Assembly (NCBI GenBank): GCA_951406725.2
Contig: OX597816.1
Location: 113,832,001 to 113,896,000 of the forward strand
Length of the DNA: 64,000 nt
Source of the DNA: Octopus vulgaris
Taxonomy: Eukaryota
Reading direction: 5' to 3'
The position numbers and the translations under genes are program-made. The notes beneath the pieces are model-generated. The model was given only the letters and a program-made list of their open reading frames with translations, had not been told where the DNA came from and ran no database searches. Positions 1 to 13,434 of this stretch are shown piece by piece; positions within the stretch are counted from its first letter, which is position 1, and every line of letters starts with the position of its first letter.

Positions 1-1374
1 AATCAATCTGCCAAAGGTTTTCATAAGATAAGTGTTTGTTAAGCTGCATGTAGGTTTGTTAAGTTGTCATAAACTTTTAACAATAAACTTAAATATATAT
101 ATTTAGTTTAAATTCCTTATGTTTATATATTTAATATAAATGTTTTAATTGAAAACAACAAAGGGACCTATGCATAGTTTCTTATCCTTCTGTAAACAAC
201 AGTTAAATCTCCCTCAAATTAAATCTCACTGTCTTACAAAAAAAATGAAGGACACATGATATAATGTAGCAGCAGTAGTAGTAGTAGTAGTAGTAGACAT
301 CATTTTCATCATCGTTTTCCATGCTGGCATGAGTTAGATGGCTTGGCAGAAGCTGGCAAGCCAGAGAACTATGTCAAGCTCTATCATCTACTTTAGTATG
401 GTTTTTATGACTAGATGCCCTTCCTTACACCAACAACTTTACAGAATGTACATGGTGCTTTTCATGTGGCACCAGCACCAGTGTGATTACCAAATAACTT
501 GTAAGACCTCTCAGCTATGAGGTAGAGTAGTATTGAGGGCAATCAAATAATTTTGGCTGCAGTACCCTTTGATCAGAAATTTATTCAGAGTTGACCTGGT
601 ATTTAACAGCAAAATAATTCTTAATACTTTGTTTATATTAAGAGTAGCTTAGCTATTACAGGAGCAAGTTAAGAAGGTTAGACTTTTATCTCTAGAATCA
701 CCACTTATATTGTTGGAGTTTCAAAATAGCTCACCTACACAAGTTGTAGTTTCTCAGCTTTTGCCAAGATACTAGCCTAATGTACCAAAAATTGCATCAA
801 GTTTTTTAAAAGATATGGAGAAGCAAATTCAGGGGTCTCATGAATGTGTAGGTATGCTATTGTTTATGCATCCAATATTTGATTGCCTGGTTTTCTTTCA
901 AATGAGTGGTGGTTGAGCATGGACTAGAAAACGAGTGTCCTTCATTTGTTCAAAAACTTATTGCTCTAACAATATTGGATTCATTTATTAAACTTCTTGT
1001 TACAATACTTAGATCTTGTTAAATATCTTTCAACTACTCAAAGGTTTTCAAATTTTCATTAGATTATTTTTTGAAAAAGCAGTTTTGATGTATTTTATGA
1101 TGCCATCATAAACATAGCACTAAATATGTGTTTGTTATTGATACATATAATGAGTTTATGACTATGTATTAATACATTTCCAGTCTAATTATGTATGAAA
1201 AAATGCAATACCACCAATACTACCAACTACATTATATAATGTGTTGTCCTCTCTGTTTTTCAGATATTATGGTGTAGTTTAAGGAAAGACCACTTAAAAG
1301 TTTCATCATTGTTGTTATATCTTTCCTGTCTTTGCTGATTTCCATGACAACAGACATTTCCAACTTACGGTATG

Positions 1375-1625
1375 TCATGGGGGACATAAACAACTCAACA
1401 CTGGTTGACAAGCAATGGTGCAGTGACAAACACACACACCACATGCACACACACATTCATATATGATGAGCTTTCACACAGTTTCCATCTATCAAATCCA
1501 CTCACAAGGCTTTGGTTGACCAGGGGCTATAGTAGAAGACACTCATCGAAGGTGTTGCACAGGAGGACTGAATGCAAAACCAAGTGTTTGTAAAGCAAGC
1601 CTCTTCATCACACAGCTGTGCCTAT
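1375..1625 (-). mobile_element. tRNA-derived SINE family A, degraded (head, internal microsatellite, partial tail)
   Basis: Reverse complement matches the GGCTGTGTGGTAAGAAGCTTGCT...CCAAAGCCTTGTGAGTGGATTTGGTAGA head seen at 7261, 28776 and 35460. Confidence 0.7.
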
Positions 1626-1661
1626 ACCTATACATATATACTGTATCACTGTATTGACCAG

Positions 1662-1880
1662 TAGATGGACAATTCATCAACAGACAACATATAGACAGGA
1701 CAATTGTGCGGTATGGTGCAGAGTCCTGTTGCCAGACACAGGGTGTTCCAGCAGCCACCTTCTTGACCCAGGGCAGCACAACCTCCTCCAGACATTTGAT
1801 GTAGGTCTCCATGTTGAATCTGAGGCCATGTGGGAATTGTCTGTTGGCTAATTGTCTGTTGATGAATTGTCTGCACAAAG
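1662..1880. mobile_element. MULE-like MITE carrying a fragment of a DD37D (maT-type) transposase
   Basis: Inverted repeats GACAATTCATCAACAGACAA (~1668) / TTGTCTGTTGATGAATTGTC (~1852). Flanking direct repeat GTATTGACCAG at 1651-1661 and 1881-1891. Interior translates on - to FPHGLRFNMETYIKCLEEVVLPWVKKVAAGTPCVWQQDSAP. Confidence 0.6.
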
Positions 1881-1929
1881 GTATTGACCAGAATATCATA
1901 TATTGATGTTCATTGCTGGTCACAAAGAG

Positions 1930-2905
1930 CTTTCAATTTTTTCTTGATTATGCTGTTCTTTTCCATCTTGTTCCAAATTGCTTAACTAAATCATCTTTCC
2001 TTGTCATGGAAGGCTTCCCAGTGGCCTTTTCAAGCCTCTTGGAAATCACTCAGTAACTGTATGAGTCCATGTGTTGCTTGAAGACCTTGCAACATGTCCA
2101 GTCCAGTAGAACTTGTGCTCTCAATATTTTGTGATCACATTTTGTTCTGTTTTTGAATCATCTCATTTTGAATGTGCTCTTGTAATGATATGTCTATCAT
2201 GGATCTTTCTATGGTGCTTTTGTGTCATAGTCAAGCAATGATCTTCCCCCTTCATAGTAGCTCACATCTCACTTGTGAATAAGACAGCAGCGAGAACAGA
2301 TTTATTGAAGAATCTGGCATGTATGGTCTTGTCCAGCATTACTTTGAGCATATCCTTTATTGGGGTAAATGCTTTTCATCCTGCCCTTATTCTCTTCAAG
2401 ATTTCAGCATCCATGTCTTGGAGCATATTCATTGTATGCCTTGTGTAGACGTACACCTTAACATCTTTGATTTCATTACTCCCCACCTCTGTTTGGTTTT
2501 GGGCTATGTTTTTGAACCATATGTATTTTGTTTTCATGCAGTTCATTTTAAGGCCTTTTGCTGAGCTATGGATGTCCAGCTCTGTCAGCATGGTCTGCAG
2601 CTGATCTGTGGCTTTGGCAATGAGTACAATGTCATCTGTGAATTGGATGTGTGTTAGTAAGTTGCCATTGATGTTCACATCACCTGTCCAGTCAATGTCC
2701 CTGATGACCATTTCTAGACATGTGTTGAAGAGCTTTGGCAAGATGGTATCCCCTTGTATTGGAACACTTACTCGTGTCAATAGCAGACCTACATCTATAG
2801 TTTATCCAAAGTTTGCATCCTTGATCAGTTTGGTGTATTGTGCCTTGACACCTTGTATTTTCAGAGATTTCAGTACTGCATTCATCTCGACATTATTGAA
2901 AGCCT
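1930..2905 (-). pseudogene. Degraded RTE-clade (BovB/RTE-1-like) reverse transcriptase relic
   Basis: ORF 2376-2780: QGDTILPKLF, HIQFTDDIVLIA, GLKMNCMKTK are eroded RT motifs; stops and frameshifts around it. Confidence 0.75.
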
Positions 2906-3894
2906 TAAAGAACAAGAAACAAATGAATATGAGCTGCCTCTATGCATCACTTTTGTTGATTACACATATATTTTATATAAGTGAGAAACAATTACATTTA
3001 CAGTAAAACATGACAGTCATTGATGTACAAAATGAAATTTTCAAGTAGTTTTCATTTGTCTAAATTTGCTTTGCTACCTGTACTTATGAAGATATATAGT
3101 ATCACTAGTTCCACATTTTACCCTGAATTTCTTCTTGGTAAGCATCCATCATAGAGCAATAAGATAATTAAATGCAGTTTGCAAATTGAGGGTGATTTGA
3201 CTGCTAATTCAAACACAATTATCCATCAGATTGCAAATTTTCAGTGAACATGAACTGTACATGTAAACATTGGGTTGTGAGGTGTGGTTTGAGGGAATAT
3301 GACTCCTTGGTTGGTTCATGCACACATATATCTCCATAAAATGATAGTTTGTGAATATAAGGGAGCCTTAGCTACTCTTCCTAACGTGTCAAGCTACCCT
3401 GTAGATACTCTTTTGTGGATTCTTATGCATCTGTTTAAAAATTATATGTGTGTATGTAATAATCATACAAATAGAGAGACAGAAGAGATGGAATGTGTGC
3501 ATGAGGCTGTGTGATAGAGACAAAATGAGAAAGTCAGAAAAATAAGGGATGAGAGAGGGAGCGAGAGAGAGAATGAGTGAAGGAGACCATCAGATACATA
3601 GTATACACACAAAACACTTGTTCACATCATGCATAGACACATATACACTTGTAACGAAAGAGTTATATGATCATATTTGCAACCATAGTGATATATGCAG
3701 CATATCGAACATCAAATGAAGAATCAATTTTGCTTTATTATAGAAATATCTCGAAAAAATTTTGAAATATTTCAATAGCAACAAACTTATATTTTATTCA
3801 AATACTCACCATGTTTATGGCTATATTCTCTTGACCTACGTATGACTATATGTTGAGTAACCATTATTTCATGCTTGAAATTTTTATTATTATA

Positions 3895-4775
3895 CTAGTG
3901 CATGACCTGTTGTTTTATGCCTGGAATAAGTATGACTTTGCTTCATTGAAATATAGGTATGTATGCAAGAAAGAATTATATGTAAAAGAAGGTAAAACAA
4001 TATTGAAGTAATAGAAATATTAAATACATCAAAATACATTTTAGTGTTTAACAGTTTTTAACTGGTTTTTGTTTCTGTATACAATAAACTGCAGTCAGGT
4101 AATTTTGGCAATCAAACAATGTCTGAATATACAATATTTTTTTTTATGAATTTAACATTTTCATAATTGAAATGTCCTTCAGATCCTCTTAGTGTAGTAA
4201 ATTGACTTGGCACACAAAAATCTTTATGCATGATGGATTGCCAATTCTACTGAGAGCAACATATAACTGATTGTATGTGAACATGTTAGTAAGGAAATAA
4301 ATTTCACATTTGGATTGACTTTGTCCTTGACTTTTGCATATTGACATCGTGAATGCAGGTCTGACAGGAAATCGATGCTGTCGTAAAGTGAAGGGCAAAT
4401 CCATATATACGATGGATGCAGGTTGATGTGAGAAATAAACAAAGTATGTTCTGTATAAACACCAGTCATCTTACTGGCTTTGAACATGTCCTATTCAAAT
4501 GGCTGCATTTTTGATCAAGGCCTATCAACAAATTATGGGAGCTCCAATTCTAAATTTGATAATGTGAAGTGGCACGTTATCAATAATGAGAAGATTAAGA
4601 AATTCATATGGATATAGAATAACTTGGTCATCATCAGCAATGAAATCAACACTTTTAAGAATAATAGTATCACCTTGAAGTTTGTTCATAATTTCACTGT
4701 TAAGTCTGTTAACTTATTCATTTTTTATCATTAAAATATCTCTTAAAGAGAGCCACAGGACATTGTGGAAATTAT
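3895..4775 (-). mobile_element. Helitron 3' relic with PIF1-family helicase C-terminus
   Basis: FPVRPAFTMSICKSQGQS and QLYVALSRIG motifs; YPYEFLN...HIIKFRIGAPII upstream; ends in CTAG followed by T on the - strand at 3895. Confidence 0.8.
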
Positions 4776-4780
4776 TTTGT

Positions 4781-4934
4781 AAGCGACTGTGTGGTAAGAA
4801 GTTTGCTTCTCAACCACATAGTACTAGGTTCGGTCCCACTGCATGACATCTTGAGCAAGTGTCTTCTACTATAGCCTTGAGCTGACCAAAGCCTTATAAG
4901 TAGATTTGGTAGACAGAAACGAAAAAAGCCTGAA

Positions 4935-4937
<3 letters not shown>
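4781..4937 (+). mobile_element. SINE family A head followed by (TA)n
   Basis: GTGTGGTAAGAAGTTTGC A-box-like and GGTTCGGTCCC B-box-like motifs plus the family core. Confidence 0.75.
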
Positions 4938-4968
<31 letters not shown>

Positions 4969-5699
4969 TGCTGAAAAATGGTATCCTAAAGTCACTTGGT
5001 TATGCTGGTGTACATGCCAGGCTCTGTCTTCCCCATTTTCACCTTACACCCATCTATGGCACTACTTGGCTGCTGTACTTAACTACGAACAGAATCAGCA
5101 CATATTACACCACCACCCTTCCGTGCCTTCAGTCACTGCTCTCTCTCCTTCCTCTGCTATACTCCAAACACCTCTCTTATCTGCCATCATTCTCAATATC
5201 CTCCCATATCTATCATCAGGATCCACCCACCTATTTACTATAGCCTCTTATGTATCCCTATATCTTCTTCACTTCAGCTCATACCATGCTGTTCCATTCT
5301 CCATCTTGAGCCATTCCTATATCTCCCTCGCTTCATACTAGTATTTCCCATTATCTGCATCCCCATCCTTGCCCATCACTTACAGCATTAACCTCTACCT
5401 CGACCATCGTCTTTTTACTCCCATTTCCCACTCCTATGAAAGCATCCACACACTCCTTCATCCCCTCCCATAACCCACTGTCTGTATCCTCTCTTATGCT
5501 CACCTTCTTACTCCTTGAGAGTTTACTCTAGCATCCCATCACTACCTTCTTCTTGTCTCCTTTGGCCATGTATCTCCTCTAAAGCAAGACACATGTGCTT
5601 GTCCTATCATAATTTAGCTTTTCAACACCAATTATAAAGCCACTCACCTCCATTTCCCCCTTTCAGATACTTCCTCTTAATGATGGATGCTTTTCCCTT

Positions 5700-7012
5700 T
5701 CCTTTTCCTCTGCTTTTATATGTCTTGCAATTCCAGGTTTTGTTTTCACTCCAGAAATTCTAATTCCAATTCTGATATGAGTGCAAGATCATCAGCATTT
5801 AGTAGTTCTCACGGGCAGCTAGTTTTAAATTTATTCAATCCACTGTTATGGTCTGGAGAACAATAATGAATAGGAAGGGGCTGAGGAATCCCTGTCCTCT
5901 AAATTCGTCACTGCACTTGTGACTAACTTTCACCTTACTTATAGTACCCCTGTACATGGCTTTTACAACTTTAATAAGTCATTTGTCTATCTCTAGCTTC
6001 CTCAGAAACCACATCACAAAGCAAGGGACTCTGTCAAATGCTTTCTCTAGGTCAGTGAATGTTAGGTACAATGGTTTATTCTTAGCTAAATACTTCAGCA
6101 GTTGTCTCAGAAAACAATGTCAGCAGTACTTCTCACTGGCTCAAAACTGAACTGCGTTTCATTCAGTCTATCACTGTTCCAAATTAATTGGGTTACAATC
6201 CTCTCTAACTTTCCTGACCTGGTCCAGAAATTTGATACGACTGTAATTACTTCTAGCTAAGGCATCTCCTTTATCCTTGTTGCAGCTGACTATAATGAAA
6301 TATCTGATTAACTACATGGGTGACAAGACTGTGTTGTACTCTGCCAGATATTTTAAGCATCTCAGTTATAATTCCTGATGTACTAGGCACTTGCCCTGTC
6401 TTCATATCCTTAATTGCCTTAACTATCATACTGCTGTCAAGTAGGATAGCTGGTCCCTGTTGGGTTCACATTTGGGAGACTCCTTTTTCACATTCATTCT
6501 CTGTATTTAATAACCTTTCATAGTAGTACGTTCATGCCTCTTCCTTTTCAAAGTCAATAAGTGCAAGCATACCATTATCCATTTGTACTTACCTCCCACA
6601 TCTCAATTCTCTCTGATATGCTGTCTAGCAATCCAGAACACCTAATGTCTCTGATATTCATGCTGTAAGACATTGGTAAACTTCATCCTTTCTGTTTTTT
6701 CCCTTGCTAAATAAACCTGTCACCTAGCTTACCTTCTAGATATCTGATATTGCTTTTTGCTGCCTCTATTTTCCAGTCTTTCCAAGCCTGTCTCTTCACT
6801 TTTATGGCTCTGTCTACCTCACTATTCCACAACCAAGTCAACCCTCAGTCTGACTGAAACTTTGCTCAGCCACAGATTTGGTTTGTAGCTTTTTGTAGGT
6901 TGTCCCGTAAGACCTTCTAATTGCTCTTCATGTTATATGTCACTGCTTTCTCTTTCATGTTAAATGCTTTAATCAGAACATTTTAAAATTTCTGATTGTT
7001 TAATATATCTTT
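5700..7012 (-). pseudogene. Old relic of the same RTE family as the 19.5-kb LINE (EN-RT linker and RT)
   Basis: Reverse complement aligns by eye to the young ORF (GC*ELLNADDLALI, LEKAFDRVP, IKDMKTGQVPSTSGI); many stops. Confidence 0.75.
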
Positions 7013-7260
7013 ATAATAATTGTAAATAGAAATAAGGTCTCAAATGTCAATCATTATAAGAATACTGACAATAAAAAGGGAAAAAATATAAATAACTGTG
7101 AATTGACAATTAAATGCATGACATTTAATAACAAAAAATATTACTACTATTAATAATAATAAATCAGTATCTTCAGCTAAAAATATCAAAAGAAAGTAGG
7201 ATATGATGAAAAATAACAGCTATTATGATAATAAATTAGGATGTATAATTGATAAGGGGA

Positions 7261-7400
7261 AGGCATGGCTGCTGTGGTAAGAAGCTTGCTTCCCAACCAC
7301 ATGGTCCAGGTTCAGTTCCACTGAAGTGTCTTCTGCTATAGCATCAGGCCAGCCAAAGCCTTGTGAGTGGATTTGGTAGACAGAAACTAAAAGACGCCCG

Positions 7401-7496
<96 letters not shown>

Positions 7497-7712
7497 TTGT
7501 GCATATGTATCAGTGCTTGTCTCCATTACTTGACAACCAATATTGGTGTGTTTACGTCCCCATAACTTAGCAGTTCAGCAAAATACACTGATAGAATAAG
7601 TACCAGACTTACAAAGAATAAGTCCGGGGGTTGATTTCTTTGACTAAAAGGCAGTGCTCCAGCATGGCTGCAGTCAAATGACTGACACAAGTAAAAGGAT
7701 AAAAGAATAAAA
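7261..7712 (+). mobile_element. Full-length SINE family A: tRNA-like head, (TA)n/(TACA)n middle, conserved tail
   Basis: Head 7261-7403 and tail 7515-7712 (AATAAGTACCAG...GTGCTCCAGCATGGCTGCAGTCAAATGACTGA); same layout at 28776 and 35460. Confidence 0.8.
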
Positions 7713-7854
7713 GTATATATATATATATGTGTGTGTGTCTGTATGTCTATGTGTATACATAAAAGTATATGTATGTATGACAATGTATAAAGTTATATAC
7801 ACTTATATATGATATATAATATATATATATACATATGAATGCTTATATGTCCTG

Positions 7855-8155
7855 TATATATATATTAATTATAATAAAAAGTATGGAGACTTGTACATCC
7901 ACAAGTTTATAGTTATATACAGCATATTATAATGACCTACATGTGTTTCAACTGCAGTGACTACTCACTGTTGCAAATGCAACCTTGCAATTTTGTGGTG
8001 CACCAACAATAATTCAAGGTTGCATTTGCAACAGTAAATAGTCACTACAGCGGAAACGTCTGTAGGTCATTATAATATGTTGTATATAACTATAAAATAA
8101 ATTTTGTGGATGTACAAGTCTCCATACTCTTTATTATTATTAATATTAATATATA
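7855..8155. repeat. ~300-bp foldback (hairpin) element in TA context
   Basis: Arms are reverse complements (GTATGGAGACTTGTACATCCACAA / TTGTGGATGTACAAGTCTCCATAC; TGTTGCAAATGCAACCTTG / CAAGGTTGCATTTGCAACA); centre GGTGCACC near 8000. Confidence 0.85.
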
Positions 8156-8325
8156 CTCCAGACAAGTTTGACTGTCCAGTGAAGAGTACATGGAATTACC
8201 TATTGGAAGCATTCATGGAATGACTAACAACTAATTGTAGTCACAGACATTTGATACTGATTGTTGTGGTTAGCTGTTAACTGAGAACTAATGTTGTACC
8301 TGCTCGGATAATATATCCCTCCAAA

Positions 8326-8359
<34 letters not shown>

Positions 8360-8389
8360 TGGTGTGCTTGTGCACCCTGTTCTGGGCCC

Positions 8390-9195
8390 ATGTATTGGGA
8401 AAATCCACTTTCTCTTAGACATTCTCTACATGTAATAGCCTTTCACGGTAACTCTTCTATGTTTTCTTTATGAATCACTAAGTGCAAGCATACTATTACC
8501 CATCAGCACACACTTCTCAACTACATCATCTCGATTTCTCTGATAAAATGCCTCACAATCTGAAACACCTTATTCCTCTGATCCTCATGCAGTAAAATAT
8601 TAGAAAATATCCTTGTTTCTACTTCTATTTTTGTTATGAAAATGTGACACCTTGCTGCTCTTGCTGCCTAGTATATTTCTCTGGTAGCTCCATTCTTACA
8701 ATCCTTCCAGACTTGTCTTGTCACATTTAAAGCTCTGTCTACTGCACTGTTCCACCACCATGTCATCCTCAGTCAGGCAAAGGACTTTGTGTCAGCCACA
8801 GATCTGGTCTGTAGTTCCCATAGGAACTTCCAGTTGTTCTCTATGTTATATGTCTTTAACTCTTTCGTCACTCTATTTATTTTGAGATGCTTTGTGTTTC
8901 TTTCAATTACTTTAAATATAACCAAGAATTTAGTAAAATAAGGTAGTTATCATTCAGCTAGTGTTAGAAACATAAATTGTGATTAAGGTTTACTGGAAGA
9001 TTTTAATTCAAACCTTATGGAAACAAGACATTTGTAATCAGAGCCAGAACCAGTTTCAGCCAGGTTGGTAACGAAAGGGTTAATTCCTCCTTTTTGTCAA
9101 AAGCTTCAATCAGAATATCTCTAAATTTCTGCCTATTTGCCGATCCTCTGAGTTTCCACATTCTTCTTTTCTAGACTTCTTTGAGTTCGTTTAAC
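8390..9195 (-). pseudogene. Old RTE-family relic interrupted by a piggyBac-like MITE
   Basis: Reverse complement matches the TDQICG, WWWNSAVDRA and YERLL regions of the young ORF. Confidence 0.7.
8860..9079 (+). mobile_element. piggyBac-like MITE (~220 bp), copy 1
   Basis: TTAA on both sides (8856-8859, 9080-9083); ends CTCTTTCGTCAC / GTAACGAAAGGG; internal match to the 27793 copy. Confidence 0.8.
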
Positions 9196-9380
9196 TACTA
9201 ACTTATCTTGGAGAATACTTTCTTTACAAAGGAAATGAAAAAGACTGTGCTGCAAGGAAACAAATTGAAAATGATAGTGTGCAGCAGGGAAAGCTAAAAA
9301 GCTTTAAATGAAATTGCAGGACAAGAGTTATGAACAAAGTTTGTGTGAGAGAGAATAGACAACTAAAGGGAAGAAAACAA

Positions 9381-10478
9381 TGAGGAAAGAAAAGCAAATA
9401 TCAATTTACTACCTAACAATAAATGTGAATTTGATTTAAACAGAAAATAATCCAAGGCTTTCATTATTCAAAGGACTATGGTTAACACATTTGTCTATAA
9501 CTAAATAAGTCTTCTAAGTAATTTTGATGTGATAAATAGATATAGAGTAAAAATTTTCAAAAATTTTCTGAAAGTATTTCAGAGAAAAACTTTGTAATCA
9601 TTTATTTCTTATGAACACAATGGAATAGGCACACATAATCTCAAAGTACAGCTTAAAAATATCTGTATTTTGTAAAAGCATTTCTGAATTATTTACAGAC
9701 AACAGAACTTATTAAAGGGGGTAGGTAAAAAAAATGATAGAAACAGTCAAATTGGAAAAAAAAAAATTTTAATGTAAATTAGATACAAAAAATTTTGGAT
9801 CTTGTTAAATTTCTCCCAACCACTAGAAGTTTTTCAGATTTCCACCCGATTATTTTTTAAAATATTTTGTTTTGTTGTAATCTTGCATGCTGATGATGAA
9901 AATAACATTCATTTTTTTTTTTCTAGAAATTAGCATCAAAACAGTATTTTTTAAAACTTTATCTAGTGAAAATCTGAAAAACTTCAAGTGGTTGGAAGAA
10001 ATTTAACAAGATCCACATTTTTTCTTCAAATGATATAAAACATAAACACTTTATAGAACAGTAAAGAATTAAGGAAAAAAAATGAAAGCAAAGACATTTC
10101 CGTGAATTTTTTCAGGCCTGATGCTGAGCTAAAAAAAAAAAATTCTTGCAATTTTGTAAAATATGAAAAGTTTTTACTTTTCATTGAGGAAAGAAAAGCA
10201 AACATCAATATACTACCTAATAATAAATGTGAATTGGATTTAAGCAGAAAATAATCCAAGGTTTTCATTATTCAAAGGACTATAGTTAACAAATTTGTCT
10301 CATCATCATCATCGCTTAGTGTCCGTTTTCCATGCTAGCATGGGTTAACTAAATAAGTCTTCTAAGTAATTTTGATGTGATAAATAGATATAGAGTAAAA
10401 ATATTCTGAAAGTATTTCAGAGAAAAACTTTGTAATCATTTATTTCTAATGAACACAATGGAATAGGCACACATAATC
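9381..10478. repeat. Local direct duplication of ~260 bp (9381-9640 and 10185-10478) with an inverted-repeat element between
   Basis: Near-identical text in both copies; inverted arms at ~9797-9845 and ~9966-10014. Confidence 0.85.
10301..10346 (-). mobile_element. Ultra-short RTE 3'-tail insertion (46 nt)
   Basis: Reverse complement is AACCCATGCTAGCATGGAAAACGGACACTAAGCGATGATGATGATG; absent from the paralogous block at ~9496. Confidence 0.85.
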
Positions 10479-11983
10479 ATATGTAAATTTCAAATGGTGA
10501 GAAATTGTGTTTTGACCATAGCCAGTAGCAAATATTTAAATTTGAATTAAACACAAGAAATTTTCTTTTCAAAAAGCATGAAATAAAAGTACTTTATAGA
10601 AAAGTAAAGAATTAAGACAAATAACAAAATCAAAGACTACTTCAATGAATTTCCTTGAAGACTTCATTCGTATTTGAAAAAAAAAGGTAAATGTCTGCAA
10701 ATATTATAAAATATGCAGAAATTCTTACCTCAAGGTATTGTGTTTTAACCAATACCAACAGCATAAAACTTCAAAAAAGACCTAGTACTCCTAGGTTAAA
10801 CACAGTTTAGATTCTTGACAAAATCAGAGTAAATGAATAAAAAGAAATGAAAGTATATTGACTGGAAGCTGTGACTGTGACGTCCCATAATTCAGTGTAT
10901 GTTTATTAAGGAGATTTTTAAGAAATTCCTTTCCCCCTTGTAATTCATGATTAGCATTTTTGAGTACAGCTTAATACAGTAGTAATATTAAGAAAACCTC
11001 TATTAGGTGTTGTTCCTTCAGTGCTGCCAGTCCAAAAGAATTTGCACCTATGTTCTTTGTCTATCAGAAATATAGTTAGCTAACAATCGTCAGATTTACA
11101 ATTATTCCAACACATCTTCAGGTTCTATTTCAAAAAATTATATATCTAATTATACATCCCTTTAAAAATAAGCAATACAATTAAGCATTAAAGATTAAAA
11201 ATTACGAATAAAAAATTAAGAATAAAAATTATACTTTGTTATATTAAGAATTAAAATTTATAAATTATATATTATAAATATGAATTAGTATATATATCAA
11301 TCATGTAAAATCAAGTATATAAGTATATGTCAAATACAGAATGTGAGATATAAGATTAAACATCAGAATAAAAATGTCCCTGTTTAAATGTGATATATAA
11401 CAAGAAAAATTCAAATACATATCTTTTTTCTTTTTTTGCTGGTTCTGAAATGGTGATTTGAAGAAGAAGATAATGGAACTATGGGTGATTAATACCAAGG
11501 AGAGTAATTACACTATATATGTGTATATATATGGGTATACAGTTTTGTATATGTATATATATATATATATATATTGTAATCCTCCAATACTGAAACACGT
11601 GTAGTTCCTTCACATTTAATAAATATAAGTATTAACTAAAGTATGATATAACTAATGAAGTATATTATATACCCAGCTGGTAATTTTGGTTATATCCTTT
11701 CAGTATTATTTCGTGATGTGCAAACTGATGCTATGAGTTTACTGTCAGATATACTCATTAGGTTATTTTTGTATTATCTGAAATAGAACACCCGCATATC
11801 GATTAATCCCCAAAAATTGAATATTGACTTTTATCAGATACTTTGTATATTTATAGATAAATATATAAATATACGATAAATAAGACCTTAAAGTATGATA
11901 TGTAGATGCATATAATGCTGTAGGTTGCACCTGATTGATTTGGAAATTTGTTTTCCCAAATTATATATATATATATGTGTGTG

Positions 11984-12021
<38 letters not shown>

Positions 12022-12032
12022 CACACACACAT

Positions 12033-12948
12033 GCAGGGTGTGGTGAATGTATTGTCTAAATTATGCAAAAATGAAGATATCTCTGACATCTCATTTTAAC
12101 AGATATATTTACCAAAATTACAAAAAAATATCTTGAAATACTAAAGAGTAACTTTATTTCATAAAATCGCCATTGGCTTCGAGCATGGTCTCCAGACGAC
12201 TTTGGAATCTCCTGCAACTGTTCTGGATGGTCTCCTTGTTTAAGTTAGTGAATCCTGCCATAATCCTTGCCTTCAATTCAGTTTTGCTGTTACAAGGAGT
12301 TTTGTTGGTCTCTTGTTCAACTGTGCTTCACACATGATAATCAAGGGGGTTGCATTCCGGGGAGTTAGGTGGTCAGATGTTAGGGGTGATGTGGTCACAG
12401 AAATTGTTACAGCCATAACTGGGTTCTCCTGCTTGTGTGGCTTGGTGCACAGTTCTGTTGCTAGACTTAGGGTCTTCCAGCAGCCACCTTCTTGTCCCAG
12501 TACAGCACTACCTCCTCCAGATACTTGATGTAGGTCTGTGTGGGGATATGAATCGTGGCATAACGTCGCCATCACTAGTGATCACTCCAAACACCATGAT
12601 ATTGACTGGGTGTTTGATTTTTATCACTCTTGATACATGTTTTGGGGACATGGCAAGCCAACAGTTGTTCTGCGTGTTCACCATCTGTTCGTATTGGAGC
12701 TTCCGGCATGAATGCCAAACACTATAGCTTGTCATTTTAAAATTTTTGGCAGAGTGAATTGTGTCAAGGTGCTGTTTTTCTGACAGATGGTGCCCTACTG
12801 ACCCTACTGTATTGTGTACAGACTCAAGAGCTGAAAGCTTCATGTGTTGATACTTGAGTCATTCTGTTGCTTTTGCTAAATATTATTAAAAATATACATA
12901 TACTCATATTTTGAGTTCTATTTTTCTTGTTTGCATCATCCTACCTGT
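12033..12948 (-). mobile_element. DD37D (maT/Bmmar1-like) Tc1/mariner relic
   Basis: KIKHPVNIMVFGVITSDGDVMP and PPNSPECNPLDY-like segments; CAGGGTG start and CCTG-TA end. Confidence 0.75.
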
Positions 12949-12979
12949 ATATGAATGTATATATAAATCTATGTATGTA

Positions 12980-13063
<84 letters not shown>

Positions 13064-13070
13064 TGTGTGT
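12980..13070. repeat. (TG)n(AG)n microsatellite
   Basis: Direct reading. Confidence 0.95.
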
Positions 13071-13399
13071 ACTACATCAAAAGATGCACCGAAAGGCATG
13101 ACAACTTGCCAGATGGTATGAGCATTGTAGATCAGTTCTGCCCTCAACTCCTAGCTCTAATGTAGTTAGACATTATAGCTCCAGAAAGATTAGAATGTGG
13201 AGTTCATGCACTACATATAGAAAGGGAACACAGAAATTGTAGTTTGCATTGATGCTTTTTATAATGTTTCATGAAATTGGCAGAATCAATTATGTGAACA
13301 TAAAACTCAGTTACATGAGCAAATGCTGCCAGTCTCATTCATTGCAATTTATATATACATACATACATACATGTGTGCATAATCTTATGTATACACATC

Positions 13400-13434
<35 letters not shown>

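Noticed and set aside
4968-5640. ORFs in a pyrimidine-rich tract
   Set aside because: Low-complexity C/T-rich sequence, probably a decayed repeat UTR; no assignable product
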